From an uncultured Candidatus Saccharibacteria bacterium (lineage in GTDB: Bacteria; Patescibacteriota; Minisyncoccia; Phycocordibacterales; PALSA-1337), in NCBI GenBank assembly GCA_964495685.1, contig CAZBVQ010000001.1, positions 39,477 to 103,476 of the forward strand: DNA of 64,000 nt. Reading direction: 5' to 3'. Below are positions 28,752 to 38,904 of this stretch, one piece after another. Each line of letters starts with the position of its first letter. Positions within the stretch are counted from its first letter, which is position 1. The notes under the pieces were generated by a model. The model saw nothing but the letters and a program-made list of their open reading frames with translations. It was not told the origin of the DNA and searched no databases. A program made the position numbers and the translations under genes.

Positions 28752-30275
28752 GTCATAGAGGGATGAACGGTATTGGATAGCTTCTAGGATATCATCACTA
28801 TCAATGTGTTCTCTGCCGCACAGGTCAGTGATTGTTTGTGCCACTTTGATGATTCGATGGAAGGCCCGGCCTGATAGGCCGAGACGTTCTGCGGATGATC
28901 TCAATGTCGAGCGTGCACGGTCTGACATGTTAATACAGACATCTAGGTCACGTGCCCCCAGTTCACTATTGCAGGATCTTGATATGCCATGGGCCGCACA
29001 TCGTTGCGCTTGGCGCCGTCGAGCTTCGTGTACCCGTTCGCGTATTGCAGCTGACGTCTCGCTCACGTGGGTGATACTAGACAGTCGTGCATAATCTATC
29101 TTGGTTACGGGTATCCATATATCGATACGATCCATGATGGGCTGTGATAGGCGACGGCGATAATTCCTGATGATGTGTTCTGGGCAGGTACAGCCCGCGT
29201 CGCGCCCTAGGCCGCAGGGACAAGGATTCATCGAGCCGATGAGAATACACTGTGCAGGGAAGGTGACACTGCTATGCGCTCGTGAAATAGTGATCTCTCG
29301 ATCTTCGAGAGGTTGGCGCATGGCCTCGATGACATGGTGATCGAACTCGGGGAATTCATCCATGAACAAGACGCCTCGATGAGCGAGTGTTATTTCTCCT
29401 GGCCGTGGTGTATTGCCTCCACCTACAATCGAGGCATACGATGCAGTATGGTGTGGTGAACGGAGAGGTGGACGGCGAGCCAGTCCGTGTATGGGCATGT
29501 GTGCCGCTGAATGGATACTAGTCACCTCGATTGAGTGCTCATATGACAGATCAGGAAGTAGCGAGTGGAAACTTCGGGCAAGCATGGTTTTGCCAGTGCC
29601 TGGTGGTCCATACAAAATGCTGTTGTGGCCTCCGGCGGCGGCGATTTCCAAGCCACGTTTGGCGGTTTCGTTGCCACGTATGTGCGCGATGTCATGTTCT
29701 GTGGTCGGAGGAGGTGGCGTTTCATGTATATCGAGTCGGGCAGGTGTCAGGTGTGTCTGTCGCTGGAGATGGCTGATTATTTCACGGAGTGATGATATGC
29801 CGTACACAGTGATATCTCGCGCAAGGACGGCCTCGGCAATATTTTCTTGAGGTACGAATAATGCGGTGAACCCTTGTCGGGCGGCTTGGCATGCGATAGG
29901 TACCACGCCATTGATCTTGCGTATATGTCCGTCTAGGGAAAGTTCTCCGAGAAAGAGAGACCTCTCTGATTCGAAATCAATATCGCCACTTGCCTGTAGA
30001 TAGGCCAATGCCATGGCGACATCGAACGCGCTCCCCTCTTTGCGTACGTGGGCGGGCGCCAGTGAAATAACAACTTTCTGATTCTTCTGTTTCGGAGACG
30101 TATAGCCACTATTTTTTATTGCTGCTGATATACGATCTTTGGCTTCATCGACCGATCTGTCCCCGAGACCTACGATAGAAAATGCATGTAGTCCATGAGA
30201 TATGTCGACCTCGATGATGACTGGTTGCGAATGCAATCCAACAAGCTGGGCACTATATGTTTTTGCGATATTCAT
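28746..30275 (-). CDS. comM: YifB/ComM family Mg-chelatase-like AAA+ ATPase
   Basis: N-terminal Lon-like domain, Walker A GPPGTGKTMLA and a Mg-chelatase C-terminal domain. Start trimmed to the ATG at 30275. Confidence 0.85.
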   Translation of the reverse strand: MNIAKTYSAQLVGLHSQPVIIEVDISHGLHAFSIVGLGDRSVDEAKDRISAAIKNSGYTSPKQKNQKVVISLAPAHVRKEGSAFDVAMALAYLQASGDIDFESERSLFLGELSLDGHIRKINGVVPIACQAARQGFTALFVPQENIAEAVLARDITVYGISSLREIISHLQRQTHLTPARLDIHETPPPPTTEHDIAHIRGNETAKRGLEIAAAGGHNSILYGPPGTGKTMLARSFHSLLPDLSYEHSIEVTSIHSAAHMPIHGLARRPPLRSPHHTASYASIVGGGNTPRPGEITLAHRGVLFMDEFPEFDHHVIEAMRQPLEDREITISRAHSSVTFPAQCILIGSMNPCPCGLGRDAGCTCPEHIIRNYRRRLSQPIMDRIDIWIPVTKIDYARLSSITHVSETSAAIRERVHEARRRQAQRCAAHGISRSCNSELGARDLDVCINMSDRARSTLRSSAERLGLSGRAFHRIIKVAQTITDLCGREHIDSDDILEAIQYRSSLYDL

Positions 30276-30414
30276 GGAGGGCACTGTATCAGGGTCGTAT
30301 GAAGAAATAATGAAGAATCGATGAACATTCGCTGAAGATGTGTTCGCGTGGTCTAGTAATACACACAACCGCCTCGAGTGAGGCGGTTGTGTGTGCGGAT
30401 GAAATACGGTCGGG

Positions 30415-30777
30415 TTAGTGGGTATGTTTGATGGATGTGCGTGCCGAAGGGTTGGCCATCAGACGGTCTTCTTCGATGGGTGTGCCACATTTCTCGCAGA
30501 TGCCATATGTTCCTTTGGCTATACGATCAAGTGCAGCATTGACTTCGGATAACTGGGTGTCGAGCTGACTCACAATGCCAGTATTGTCCTCGAGTTCCTC
30601 GAGTTTGTCGGCTACCTCATTCTCGTCAGCCGAATCGATGTCCATGTCGCCACTGGTCGCTTCCCATGAACCTGGTGCCTCAGGATTGGGTCGGCCGATG
30701 CCAGCGAGCTGATGTTCGAGGTCAGTCTTTTCTGCCAGTAATTTGTTCTTGAATTGTTCGATGGTCTTCTTGTTCAT
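30415..30777 (-). CDS. DksA/TraR-family zinc-finger protein (single CxxC)
   Basis: Coiled-coil N-terminus plus a C-terminal CEKCGTPIEEDRL finger. Confidence 0.7.
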   Translation of the reverse strand: MNKKTIEQFKNKLLAEKTDLEHQLAGIGRPNPEAPGSWEATSGDMDIDSADENEVADKLEELEDNTGIVSQLDTQLSEVNAALDRIAKGTYGICEKCGTPIEEDRLMANPSARTSIKHTH

Positions 30778-30786
30778 GCCTCTATC

Positions 30787-32244
30787 TTATCGCACGAAGA
30801 CACGCTTTTCAAGTCTTGTTATGAGTTCTGAGAGAGTTGATTCGGTGCCAGTGATGACGAGGTGGGTGCTATCGACGAATGAATACACGAAAGCGACAGA
30901 TCCATCTTGAGTACGGAAGACGCGCACGTCCTTGTTCTTGATGATTCTGTCCTCGAATGAGCCACGGCGAGTGTTGTTCGAGGGCATAGCATATTCGGTC
31001 GATGTGGCGATGGTGGTCTGGGTACGCGTGCTTGTGGCGACGATTGTCGAGGTTGCCACAGTGGTCGATCCCGTAGGTGGTAGTACGTTGTTAATGTTGG
31101 CCAGCGGGTCGATCGATGTTGCTGATGCTGGCTCATTAGATACACCGGCCACAGGAGTGGTATAGAGGTAATACTTGAGATCATCGGCCATGACCCGCTC
31201 CCATTGCAGCATGCCTGCGAAGGTGTTCTGGAAGAAATCTGTCGTCAGCACCACGAACACATCTTTATTACCAGAAGCATCAGTATATATACCGAGCATC
31301 CATGGTAGCGCCAATGAACGCGTCAGTATATTGGGCACATTCAGGTCCAGACTTGTCAGTGCTTGAGGGCCACCGATCCGAGTTGCACTAGTATCAGTGG
31401 TGCGCATCATGAGTACAATATCGCGTATGGTGTTTGGCTCCTGGGGCCGATTGAGTTCGGCAGATACTATCGTATGCAAAGTGGCCGGATTCGGTTGTGC
31501 TAGTACGATCGTTCGCTGATCATCTGATGGGACGATGCTCGGTAGGGACGCCTGCTGGGGTGGGGGCGGGGTTACTGGTGCTAGAGCGCTCTGGCTGTAC
31601 AAATAATATGCACCGTATGCTCCTCCACCGAGCAGGAGCAACGAAACGAGAAGCAGGAGTATTTTTTTGAGTGCCGAATGATCGGTGACAGGGGTATTGC
31701 TGATAGTTGGACCAGAATTTTGGGGCGATTGTTTGGCCTGCTCTGCTAGGGCCATTGATGTTGAGGACACATGTCGATGGCTCATGGCTTCGGCGACATC
31801 CCCCTCGTATGTCCTGATGGGCTTGATTAGACTATTCGGCGTCGGGGATGGTTGAGCGGGTGTCGTAATCGTTGGATTAACTACGGGTGCTGGTGGAGTG
31901 GAGACTCGCGCGGCCTGAAGAGGCGATGAATACTGGATTCGATCGAGTGTCCCTCCTACTGCGCGTCCGATTTCTTCTTGCAATGAGAGCTTCGCCGGTC
32001 GTTCAGTGACTGATGGTGACGGAGGGGTCGGGGGTGCGATAACTGGCGTCGCTTCTGATGACGGTGCCATTTTTTGCACGGGGGTATCTACTGGCCGAGT
32101 GGGGGGTGCGACCGGAGGTCGAGTGGACGTGAATGGAGACGACTCGAATGAGCCGATGTTCTTGTCGAGGAGTTCATCAGGTATCGGTGGACGAGATGCT
32201 GCTGGGGTCGGAGGTTGAGGTGTTGTGAGATCTTCAGAATCCAT
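30787..32244 (-). CDS. hypothetical bitopic membrane protein with Pro-rich N-terminal region
   Basis: PPTP-rich N-terminal 200 aa, a single TM (ILLLLVSLLLLGGGAYGAYYLY), structured C-terminal domain. Confidence 0.5.
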   Translation of the reverse strand: MDSEDLTTPQPPTPAASRPPIPDELLDKNIGSFESSPFTSTRPPVAPPTRPVDTPVQKMAPSSEATPVIAPPTPPSPSVTERPAKLSLQEEIGRAVGGTLDRIQYSSPLQAARVSTPPAPVVNPTITTPAQPSPTPNSLIKPIRTYEGDVAEAMSHRHVSSTSMALAEQAKQSPQNSGPTISNTPVTDHSALKKILLLLVSLLLLGGGAYGAYYLYSQSALAPVTPPPPQQASLPSIVPSDDQRTIVLAQPNPATLHTIVSAELNRPQEPNTIRDIVLMMRTTDTSATRIGGPQALTSLDLNVPNILTRSLALPWMLGIYTDASGNKDVFVVLTTDFFQNTFAGMLQWERVMADDLKYYLYTTPVAGVSNEPASATSIDPLANINNVLPPTGSTTVATSTIVATSTRTQTTIATSTEYAMPSNNTRRGSFEDRIIKNKDVRVFRTQDGSVAFVYSFVDSTHLVITGTESTLSELITRLEKRVFVR

Positions 32245-32413
32245 TGCTCACATTATATCCTACTGTGCCCATTCGACAAAAAGGGTGCCGTAAAACACCC
32301 GTACCTACACATGCGCACGCGCTTCGATGAACAGATCTTGGCACTCACTTGGCGTACCACAACGTCACCTTCATTGAGGCACGTGCGCAGGTGTGGGTAC
32401 GGGTGTTTCCCTT

Positions 32414-34570
32414 CTAGTACCTCTTCTTGAATTCTTTGCGGTGGCCTGTGTGACCAGCCGGCTTGGGCATCTCCTCCTTCTTGGTGAAGAAGTCAGGGTT
32501 TGCTTGCTTGATCGAGAGGTTGATGCGGCCTTTGTCATCGATTTCTTTTACAACGACAGGCACCTTGTCGCCTTCTTTGATGTAGGTTTCGACTCGTTCG
32601 ACACGGAATGGTGCAATTTCTGAGACATGCACAAGACCTTCTGCATTTGGACCTATCTTCACAAAGGCGCCAAAGTCCATCATGCGCACCACTTCCCCAT
32701 CAAACTTTTCGCCGGGCATATATTCGCGGGTCATATTGAAGATGATTTCTTTTGCCTTGAGTGCCGTTTCATTTTTTCCTGTGATGAATATCGATCCATC
32801 ATCCTCGATAGTAATATCATCGACATGTGTTACATCGCGGATTTCGTTGATTGTTTTGCCGCCAGTACCGATGACGAGACCGATCTGGTCAGGTTTGATT
32901 TTCATGACAATAATCTCAGGGGCGTTCGGTGAAATCTTTGGTCGAGGTGCAGCAATCTCTTTTTGGATTACGTCGAGAATCTTGAAGCGTGCTGCTTTTG
33001 CTTTTTCAAATGCTTCAGCAAGTATCTTGAGTGGAATACCTCCGACTTTAACGTCCATTTGGACTGCAGTAATACCATCGCGCGTACCAGCTACCTTGAA
33101 GTCCATGTCACCATGGTGATCTTCTGGTCCTTGAATGTCGGTGAGCACCTTGTATTCCTTCTCATTTTTCATCATGAGACCTGAGGCGATGCCGGCGACA
33201 GGGGCCTTGATTGGAACTCCACCATCCATGAGCGCAAGTGTAGAGCCACACACTGATCCCATCGATGTTGAACCATTTGATGCCATAGCTTCTGAGACGA
33301 GACGGATAGTATAAGGAAATGCGTCCTTTGCAGGAATCACTGGAAGCAATGCTTTTTCTGCGAGTGCGCCGTGACCGATCATGCGGCGGTTGGTATTGCC
33401 CACACGTCCTGTCTCACCTGTCGAGAATGGAGGAAAGTTGTAGTGGTGCATGAAGCGTTTATTTTCTTGGACAATGAGTCCATCGACGACCTGTGCATCA
33501 CCGGGGCTTCCCAGCGTAAGGGCTGAGAGAATATGCGTACCTCCGCGATAGAAGATACCGGTACCATGAATGATTGGAGACACTCCGCCAGCTTTGGCGA
33601 AGAGAGGACGGACTTCGTCCATGCCGCGACCGTCTGCACGCTTGCCATTTTTGATAGCTTCTTCGTGAAGGAGTTCGTTGGTGGCCTCCTCGAATGCTTC
33701 CTGAGCCATTGCGGCGTTTCCTTCAGGGAATTTCTCAGCGAACAAGGTGGTCCAGATGCCATTGATCTCACTTATTCCCTCGTGGCCAGGCTTGCCGCTC
33801 ATGACATACTGAGCGAGCTTTGGAGCAATCTCAGCGTCGAAGAGCTCTTGTGTTCCTGGTGTCGCCTGAGGCAATGTGACCTCAGCCTTTTTCTTGCCGA
33901 TTTCTTTGATGATTTTCTCTTGCCAAGCTTGTACCTTTTCAATTTCAGCAGAAGCACGTGTGAGTGCTTCGTTGACGATGTCCTCGCCGACCTCCTTGCT
34001 GCCGACTTCGATCATGTTGATCATGCCATCCTTACCACAAGCGACCATTTCGAGCACGACGCCAGCTTCTTCGCGAGCAGCGAAATCAGGATTGATGAGC
34101 CAATTGCCATCTTTGCCAATACGTACCGCTGACACAGGTCCATTCCAAGGTATGTCTGATACTCCGAGTGCCAATGATGCAGCAATGACTGAAACTACAT
34201 CAGGATCATCTTGGTCGATTGAGAGCGTGGTGATAATAACTTGCACTTCGTTGCGAATCTTCTGGTTGAAGAGCGGTCTGATAGTGCGGTCGACGATGCG
34301 CCCTGAGAGGATAGCCTCTGTGGACGGACGTCCTTCCCTGCGCACGAATCGTGAGCCGAGGATCTTGCCTGTGGCATAGAAGCGCTCCTCGTAATCGACG
34401 GTGAGCGGGAAGAAATCCCCGTCCTTGAGTCCGCCCATAACAGCAGTGGCGAGTACTGTTGTATTTCCGTAACGCAACATGACTGAGCCATTTGCGTTCT
34501 CTGCGAGATCGTTGAATTCGGCGGTCAATGTTTTACCACCAAGCTCGATCGAGTATTCTTTTTTGTTCAT
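32414..34570 (-). CDS. pnp: polyribonucleotide nucleotidyltransferase (PNPase)
   Basis: Two RNase PH domains, then KH and S1 domains. 718 aa. Confidence 0.95.
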   Translation of the reverse strand: MNKKEYSIELGGKTLTAEFNDLAENANGSVMLRYGNTTVLATAVMGGLKDGDFFPLTVDYEERFYATGKILGSRFVRREGRPSTEAILSGRIVDRTIRPLFNQKIRNEVQVIITTLSIDQDDPDVVSVIAASLALGVSDIPWNGPVSAVRIGKDGNWLINPDFAAREEAGVVLEMVACGKDGMINMIEVGSKEVGEDIVNEALTRASAEIEKVQAWQEKIIKEIGKKKAEVTLPQATPGTQELFDAEIAPKLAQYVMSGKPGHEGISEINGIWTTLFAEKFPEGNAAMAQEAFEEATNELLHEEAIKNGKRADGRGMDEVRPLFAKAGGVSPIIHGTGIFYRGGTHILSALTLGSPGDAQVVDGLIVQENKRFMHHYNFPPFSTGETGRVGNTNRRMIGHGALAEKALLPVIPAKDAFPYTIRLVSEAMASNGSTSMGSVCGSTLALMDGGVPIKAPVAGIASGLMMKNEKEYKVLTDIQGPEDHHGDMDFKVAGTRDGITAVQMDVKVGGIPLKILAEAFEKAKAARFKILDVIQKEIAAPRPKISPNAPEIIVMKIKPDQIGLVIGTGGKTINEIRDVTHVDDITIEDDGSIFITGKNETALKAKEIIFNMTREYMPGEKFDGEVVRMMDFGAFVKIGPNAEGLVHVSEIAPFRVERVETYIKEGDKVPVVVKEIDDKGRINLSIKQANPDFFTKKEEMPKPAGHTGHRKEFKKRY

Positions 34571-34751
34571 AGTTCGTATTCGTCCCCAGATTTCAGCCTT
34601 GAATGAATCTTGTGATTCAAGCCTGCCTATCTAGGGACGTAATTAATGGGTAATAAGGAACTGATATGCAATGTAACACGAAGGATATTGATTTGACAAA
34701 TACATTAATACAGTGTACTATTAACTCGAACCCCGAACCCTGAAAGGACAT

Positions 34752-35261
34752 ATGTTAAACAAAGTCGAAATGGAACAATTGTTCCAGCGTCTGAGAAAAG
34801 AGGACCATGACCTGAGGACTGAAATAGATCCTGGGCGTGATATTGCTGAGGATGATGAGATAGAGCGCCAGGCACAGATCCAGCTTGGTAGGAAAATTGC
34901 CAGCGACTACGCCAGCCGTGATCAGCTCGACATTATTGCGGCCAGATATGATTTGGATCCGGATTTGTTCGCTCGTGCTGATATCATGGACTTTTTTCTG
35001 CTTGAGCAAGGGTGGATGCTGACTGCGAGTATGCGTGACTTGGAGGAGTATGAAGCGGCACAGAATCGGTCGTTCGATGAGATGGTCAGAGATGAGGAGT
35101 ACAAATTACAGAATGAGCGTCATCAGCAGCGTTTTGCCGAACTCATGGCCATCCACAAAAATGTGAGAAAAGTACTTGAGATTCTTGGGGAAGAAAGGGA
35201 AAGTCGTCGGCAACAGATGGCAAAGCCGGCACAAACAATACAACTGACCCAACCAAGGTAA
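34752..35261 (+). CDS. hypothetical acidic coiled-coil protein
   Basis: 169-aa ORF followed by a terminator hairpin; no recognisable domain. Confidence 0.45.
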   Translation: MLNKVEMEQLFQRLRKEDHDLRTEIDPGRDIAEDDEIERQAQIQLGRKIASDYASRDQLDIIAARYDLDPDLFARADIMDFFLLEQGWMLTASMRDLEEYEAAQNRSFDEMVRDEEYKLQNERHQQRFAELMAIHKNVRKVLEILGEERESRRQQMAKPAQTIQLTQPR

Positions 35262-35278
35262 GTTGATGATCATCACTG

Positions 35279-35310
35279 ACGGCCGAGGAGTCACCTTGGC
35301 CGTTTTTTTA
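35279..35310 (+). terminator. intrinsic terminator (GGCCGAGGAGTCACCTTGGCC + T7)
   Basis: GC-rich hairpin followed by a T-run, right after the 34752..35261 stop. Confidence 0.5.
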
Positions 35311-35311
35311 T

Positions 35312-35833
35312 TTACCTCTTCCCTGCACCTCGTAGAAGGTACTTGTTTGGAGCTGTATCAAGATCTGTAAAATGATCCGCAGCTTCAATAAGCTTCGCTG
35401 ATGTGGATTTGCCGAATGAAACAACCTCAACTTGGCAGCCTTGGTTCATCTGGAGATATTCGACGAGTGGACAGAAGTCCCCATCCCCTGTTACGAGGAC
35501 GACAGTGTCGAGTTTTGGTGCCATTTTGACAGCATCGATTGCCATACCCACGTCCCAGTCAGCCTTCTTTGCTCCCGAACTGAATACTTGGAGGTCTTTG
35601 ACCTTGGTTTCAATACCGACCTTAGTAAGTGCGTCGAAAAACCCTGTTTCTTCACCAGATTCGGTGGCGATAACATAGGCTACGGCGCGTACGAGCTTGC
35701 GGTCCTCGAGTGCTTCTTTGACGATTGCGCCAAAATTGACCTTCGAATGGTACAGGTTGCGGCCGCTATGATAGAGATTTTGCGCATCGATGAAAATACC
35801 GACGCGTTGTTCTTTGTGTTTTATGATAGACAT
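35312..35833 (-). CDS. NYN-domain (LabA-like) protein
   Basis: The VGIFIDAQNLY motif near the N-terminus and a TGDGDF motif typical of the NYN/LabA fold. Confidence 0.7.
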   Translation of the reverse strand: MSIIKHKEQRVGIFIDAQNLYHSGRNLYHSKVNFGAIVKEALEDRKLVRAVAYVIATESGEETGFFDALTKVGIETKVKDLQVFSSGAKKADWDVGMAIDAVKMAPKLDTVVLVTGDGDFCPLVEYLQMNQGCQVEVVSFGKSTSAKLIEAADHFTDLDTAPNKYLLRGAGKR

Positions 35834-35839
35834 ATGTAA

Positions 35840-36139
35840 TTAAAAGTACTTAACGATTCCGAGTTGAATAATGTATGAAAGTAGCTCTATAACAATCAGA
35901 AACAGAAAGGAACCTAATATTGAGTATTTCTGTATTTTTATAAGAGTTATAAATGCGATGATGATACCCGCAACGTATCCCGGTATCCCATAGAATGGTG
36001 TAAATGATACCAATCCAAGAAGTATTGAAACAAGTATTGTTCGACCAAACCAACCCTCTTCATTTTGATGAAGAAGTGCGAAAATTATAAACGTAGTTGC
36101 ACAAACGATGAGTGCCGGTTCAATTACATCCAAAGTCAT
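35840..36139 (-). CDS. small hypothetical membrane protein
   Basis: 99 aa, 3 predicted TM helices, AT-rich codon usage. Confidence 0.4.
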   Translation of the reverse strand: MTLDVIEPALIVCATTFIIFALLHQNEEGWFGRTILVSILLGLVSFTPFYGIPGYVAGIIIAFITLIKIQKYSILGSFLFLIVIELLSYIIQLGIVKYF

Positions 36140-36158
36140 GGATGTCTATAAGTATACC

Positions 36159-36434
36159 TTATTTCTTGAGATCCAACTTCTTGATGATAGTTGAATAACG
36201 GCGAGGATGGTTCTTCTTGAGGTACGAGAGATGGTTCTGACGATCTGCGACCATACCGAGGAGACCACGACGTGAGTGGTTGTCTTTCTTGTGTTTCTTG
36301 AGGTGGTCGGTCAATTCGGTAATCCTCTTGGAGAGCAATGCAACCTGAACCTCGGCAGAACCGGTGTCCTTGTCGTGGACTGCTGTTTCCTTGATGATTT
36401 TGGTCTTTTGTCGTGTGGTTAACATGATTGGCAT
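36159..36434 (-). CDS. rpsO: 30S ribosomal protein S15
   Basis: TGSAEVQVALLSKRITELTDHLKKHKKDNHSRRGLL is the S15 signature. Confidence 0.9.
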   Translation of the reverse strand: MPIMLTTRQKTKIIKETAVHDKDTGSAEVQVALLSKRITELTDHLKKHKKDNHSRRGLLGMVADRQNHLSYLKKNHPRRYSTIIKKLDLKK

Positions 36435-36501
36435 ATCATAGCATGAATAAGGACGGGGCGCAAGACTCTCAAAAACACCTCAAAGACGTTATACTTTACG
36501 C

Positions 36502-37458
36502 ATGTCGCACAATATTCGTGACCTCAAACAGCAATTTCTAGAATACGTCGAGATCGAGAAGGGTCGTTCGGTCAAGACGGTACGCAACTACGACTTTTTT
36601 ATCAGCAAATTCCTCACGTATGGCAAAATAAAGACCGCCGAAGACATTACAGCGGGTGTCGTCCGAGAATTTCGTCTCTGGCTCAATCGTCAGCCAGGAT
36701 GGAAAAGCAAGAATGAGGCTCGTACACTCAAGAAAAACACCCAAAATTACCACCTGATTGCCCTACGCTCATTCCTCAAGTTCCTTGCCAAACGCGGCAT
36801 CAAGTCTCTCTCCCCTGACATGATCGAGCTCGCCAAAGTCGGCCATAGACAGATTGATGTTATCACCCACGACGAGCTTCGACGCCTCATGAATGCCCCT
36901 GATGACGGTTCGCTCACTGCCTTGCGAGACAAAGCCATTCTTGAGCTACTCTTCTCCACTGGTCTACGTGTTGCCGAGCTCTGTTCCCTTTCGCGAGACA
37001 TTGACCTCACTGCCGAAGAATTCACGGTCCGTGGCAAGGGCGACAAAGTGCGTCTGGTATTCCTGTCCCCCGAGGCGCGAACGGCTGTGAAGAGATATCT
37101 TGATGCCAGGAAAGACATGGGAGATGCCCTATTCGTGGAAATAAGTGAGCGTGCCCTCAAGGCCAGCTCTTCTGGCAAGAAAAAAGACGGCAAAGACGCA
37201 GGCGATACTCCCCTGACGACCAGGTCTGTACAGCGGATCATCAAGAAATACGCAATCAAAGCCGGTATTCCCAAGCGTGTCACTCCTCATATGATCAGAC
37301 ACTGCTTCGCTACCGATCTTCTCAGTAATGGTGCAGATATACGCTCGGTGCAGATGTTGCTTGGTCATGCAGATATTAGTACTACTCAGATATATACTCA
37401 CGTGACCGATTCCCAGCTCAAGCAGGTGTACAAACAATTTCACGGGAAGAAGAGATAG
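36502..37458 (+). CDS. tyrosine site-specific recombinase, XerC/XerD family
   Basis: N-terminal SAM-like core-binding domain. C-terminal catalytic motifs (R...HxxR...Y: HMIRHCFATDLL, LLGHADISTTQIYTHV). Confidence 0.85.
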   Translation: MSHNIRDLKQQFLEYVEIEKGRSVKTVRNYDFFISKFLTYGKIKTAEDITAGVVREFRLWLNRQPGWKSKNEARTLKKNTQNYHLIALRSFLKFLAKRGIKSLSPDMIELAKVGHRQIDVITHDELRRLMNAPDDGSLTALRDKAILELLFSTGLRVAELCSLSRDIDLTAEEFTVRGKGDKVRLVFLSPEARTAVKRYLDARKDMGDALFVEISERALKASSSGKKKDGKDAGDTPLTTRSVQRIIKKYAIKAGIPKRVTPHMIRHCFATDLLSNGADIRSVQMLLGHADISTTQIYTHVTDSQLKQVYKQFHGKKR

Positions 37459-37473
37459 TGCTACACTTTCCGC

Positions 37474-38265
37474 ATGCGGATTATTTCTTGGAATGTAAAT
37501 GGCATTCGTGCGGTCCTCAAGAAGGACAATTTTCTGCCTTTCATTGAGAAATACGATCCAGACATTCTCTGTCTCCAAGAAACAAAGGCTCAGCAAGGCC
37601 AGGCGGAGGTTGATTTGCCTGAATATGAAGAATATTGGAACTCGGCCGTCAAAAAAGGGTATTCTGGTACTGCTATTTTCACCAAAGTGAAGCCGATTTC
37701 GGTCATAAACGGTATTCCTGATTCGATTTGTGAAAAATTTGGCCTTGTCGCTGATGAATATGGCGATCCTCGTACAGAGGGGCGCGTTATTGCGGCGGAA
37801 TTCGATACTTTTTATGTGGTAACCGTTTATACACCCAATGCCAAGGAAGATTTGAGCCGTATTCCCCTTCGACACAAGCAGTGGGACCCAGCGTTCCTCG
37901 CTTATTGCAAAGAGCTCGAGAAGAACAAGCCAGTCATATTCTGTGGCGACTTGAATGTCGCGCACACTCCTGACGATCTGGCTCGTCCCAAGGAAAATGA
38001 GGGCCTCAAAGGGTTCACCAAGGAAGAACGTGAAGGTTTTGATAATATGCTTGCCGGCGGCTTCCTTGATTCATTCAGACTTTTCCATAAGGGCAACGGT
38101 TTTTATACCTGGTGGTCACACTGGGCCAATGCACGTGAACGCAATGTTGGCTGGAGAATTGACTACGTTCTTGTCTCGAAAATATTGAAAAGTAAGGTCA
38201 AAAAGGCCGCAATTCTCGATGAGGTCATGGGATCAGACCACTGTCCGGTGATGATTGAGATATAG
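37474..38265 (+). CDS. xth: exodeoxyribonuclease III
   Basis: MRIISWNVNGIRA N-terminus, then CLQETK and a C-terminal SDHCPV motif (EEP fold). Confidence 0.9.
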   Translation: MRIISWNVNGIRAVLKKDNFLPFIEKYDPDILCLQETKAQQGQAEVDLPEYEEYWNSAVKKGYSGTAIFTKVKPISVINGIPDSICEKFGLVADEYGDPRTEGRVIAAEFDTFYVVTVYTPNAKEDLSRIPLRHKQWDPAFLAYCKELEKNKPVIFCGDLNVAHTPDDLARPKENEGLKGFTKEEREGFDNMLAGGFLDSFRLFHKGNGFYTWWSHWANARERNVGWRIDYVLVSKILKSKVKKAAILDEVMGSDHCPVMIEI

Positions 38266-38289
38266 TCTAGGCCCGGCCTAGACTCGACA

Positions 38290-38316
38290 TTACCCAAAAT
38301 TGTTGGGTAATTTTAC
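38290..38316 (+). terminator. intrinsic terminator (TTACCCAAAATTGTTGGGTAA + TTTT)
   Basis: Perfect 8-bp stem followed by a T-run just after xth. It is preceded by a second GC-rich palindrome, GTCTAGGCCCGGCCTAGAC. Confidence 0.45.
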
Positions 38317-38399
38317 TATGGTGTTGAGCTCTATAAATACAAAAAAGTTGAATTTGGGCAAAACCCACCTTCGCTCCCTCCTCTGCTGAAGCTACGGCG

Positions 38400-38890
38400 G
38401 GCAAGAAAGATTCGGCAGGCAAAAGAAAAGCCGCATCGTTGCGACCTCTAGAAAGGTGAAATCGCATTGATGCGGCACGAACTAGAGGAGCGACGAAGAG
38501 AAAGAGCTTGTGGGTCTAACTGACCCGTTCAGACCTTATCGGTCTGGTGCGTCCAAATGGTTCCTAAGTTAACGGTGTGCACTGTGATCTAAAAGATGAG
38601 TGCTTTCCCGAAGGAAGCGTAGTTGTGTTTGAGAACAAGTACACCGCCATATGACTTAGCAGCTAAAGGTCGCAGAAAAGTTCTTCGTACTCCTATGAGT
38701 GTGAAGCCTACCCTGCTTTTTGAAAGAACCAACTGTTTGTTTGGATCGCAGAAAAATAGTACCGAACCGCGAGCACTATCTCATATATCAAGATTGTGCA
38801 ATTATTTTTTTCCGTACTATTTTTCTGCGATCACCTCGGACAACAAACTGAATCTGGAGTTATTATATGTCCTTTAAAAATGTCTGTAAA
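38400..38890. other. long structured noncoding region, candidate unassigned ncRNA
   Basis: No credible ORF. Many local hairpins (CCTCTAG...CTAGAGG enclosing CGCAT..ATGCG; GGGTC..GACCC; CAGACC..GGTCTG; GCTTTCC-CGAA-GGAAGC). Adjacent to cca and tRNAs. Confidence 0.25.
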
Positions 38891-38904
38891 GGACATCGCT
38901 GTGG

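Noticed and set aside
38623-38877. 84-aa ORF inside the xth-cca noncoding region
   Set aside because: Low-complexity product with no start context. It lies within a hairpin-rich region that behaves like structured RNA or noncoding DNA.
38400-38890. Assigning the structured region to RNase P RNA or tmRNA specifically
   Set aside because: The universal RNase P P4 motif GGAAAGUCCGG and the 3' ACAGAANCCGGCUUA were not found on either strand, and no tRNA-like T-arm plus CCA for tmRNA. It is kept only as an unassigned ncRNA candidate.
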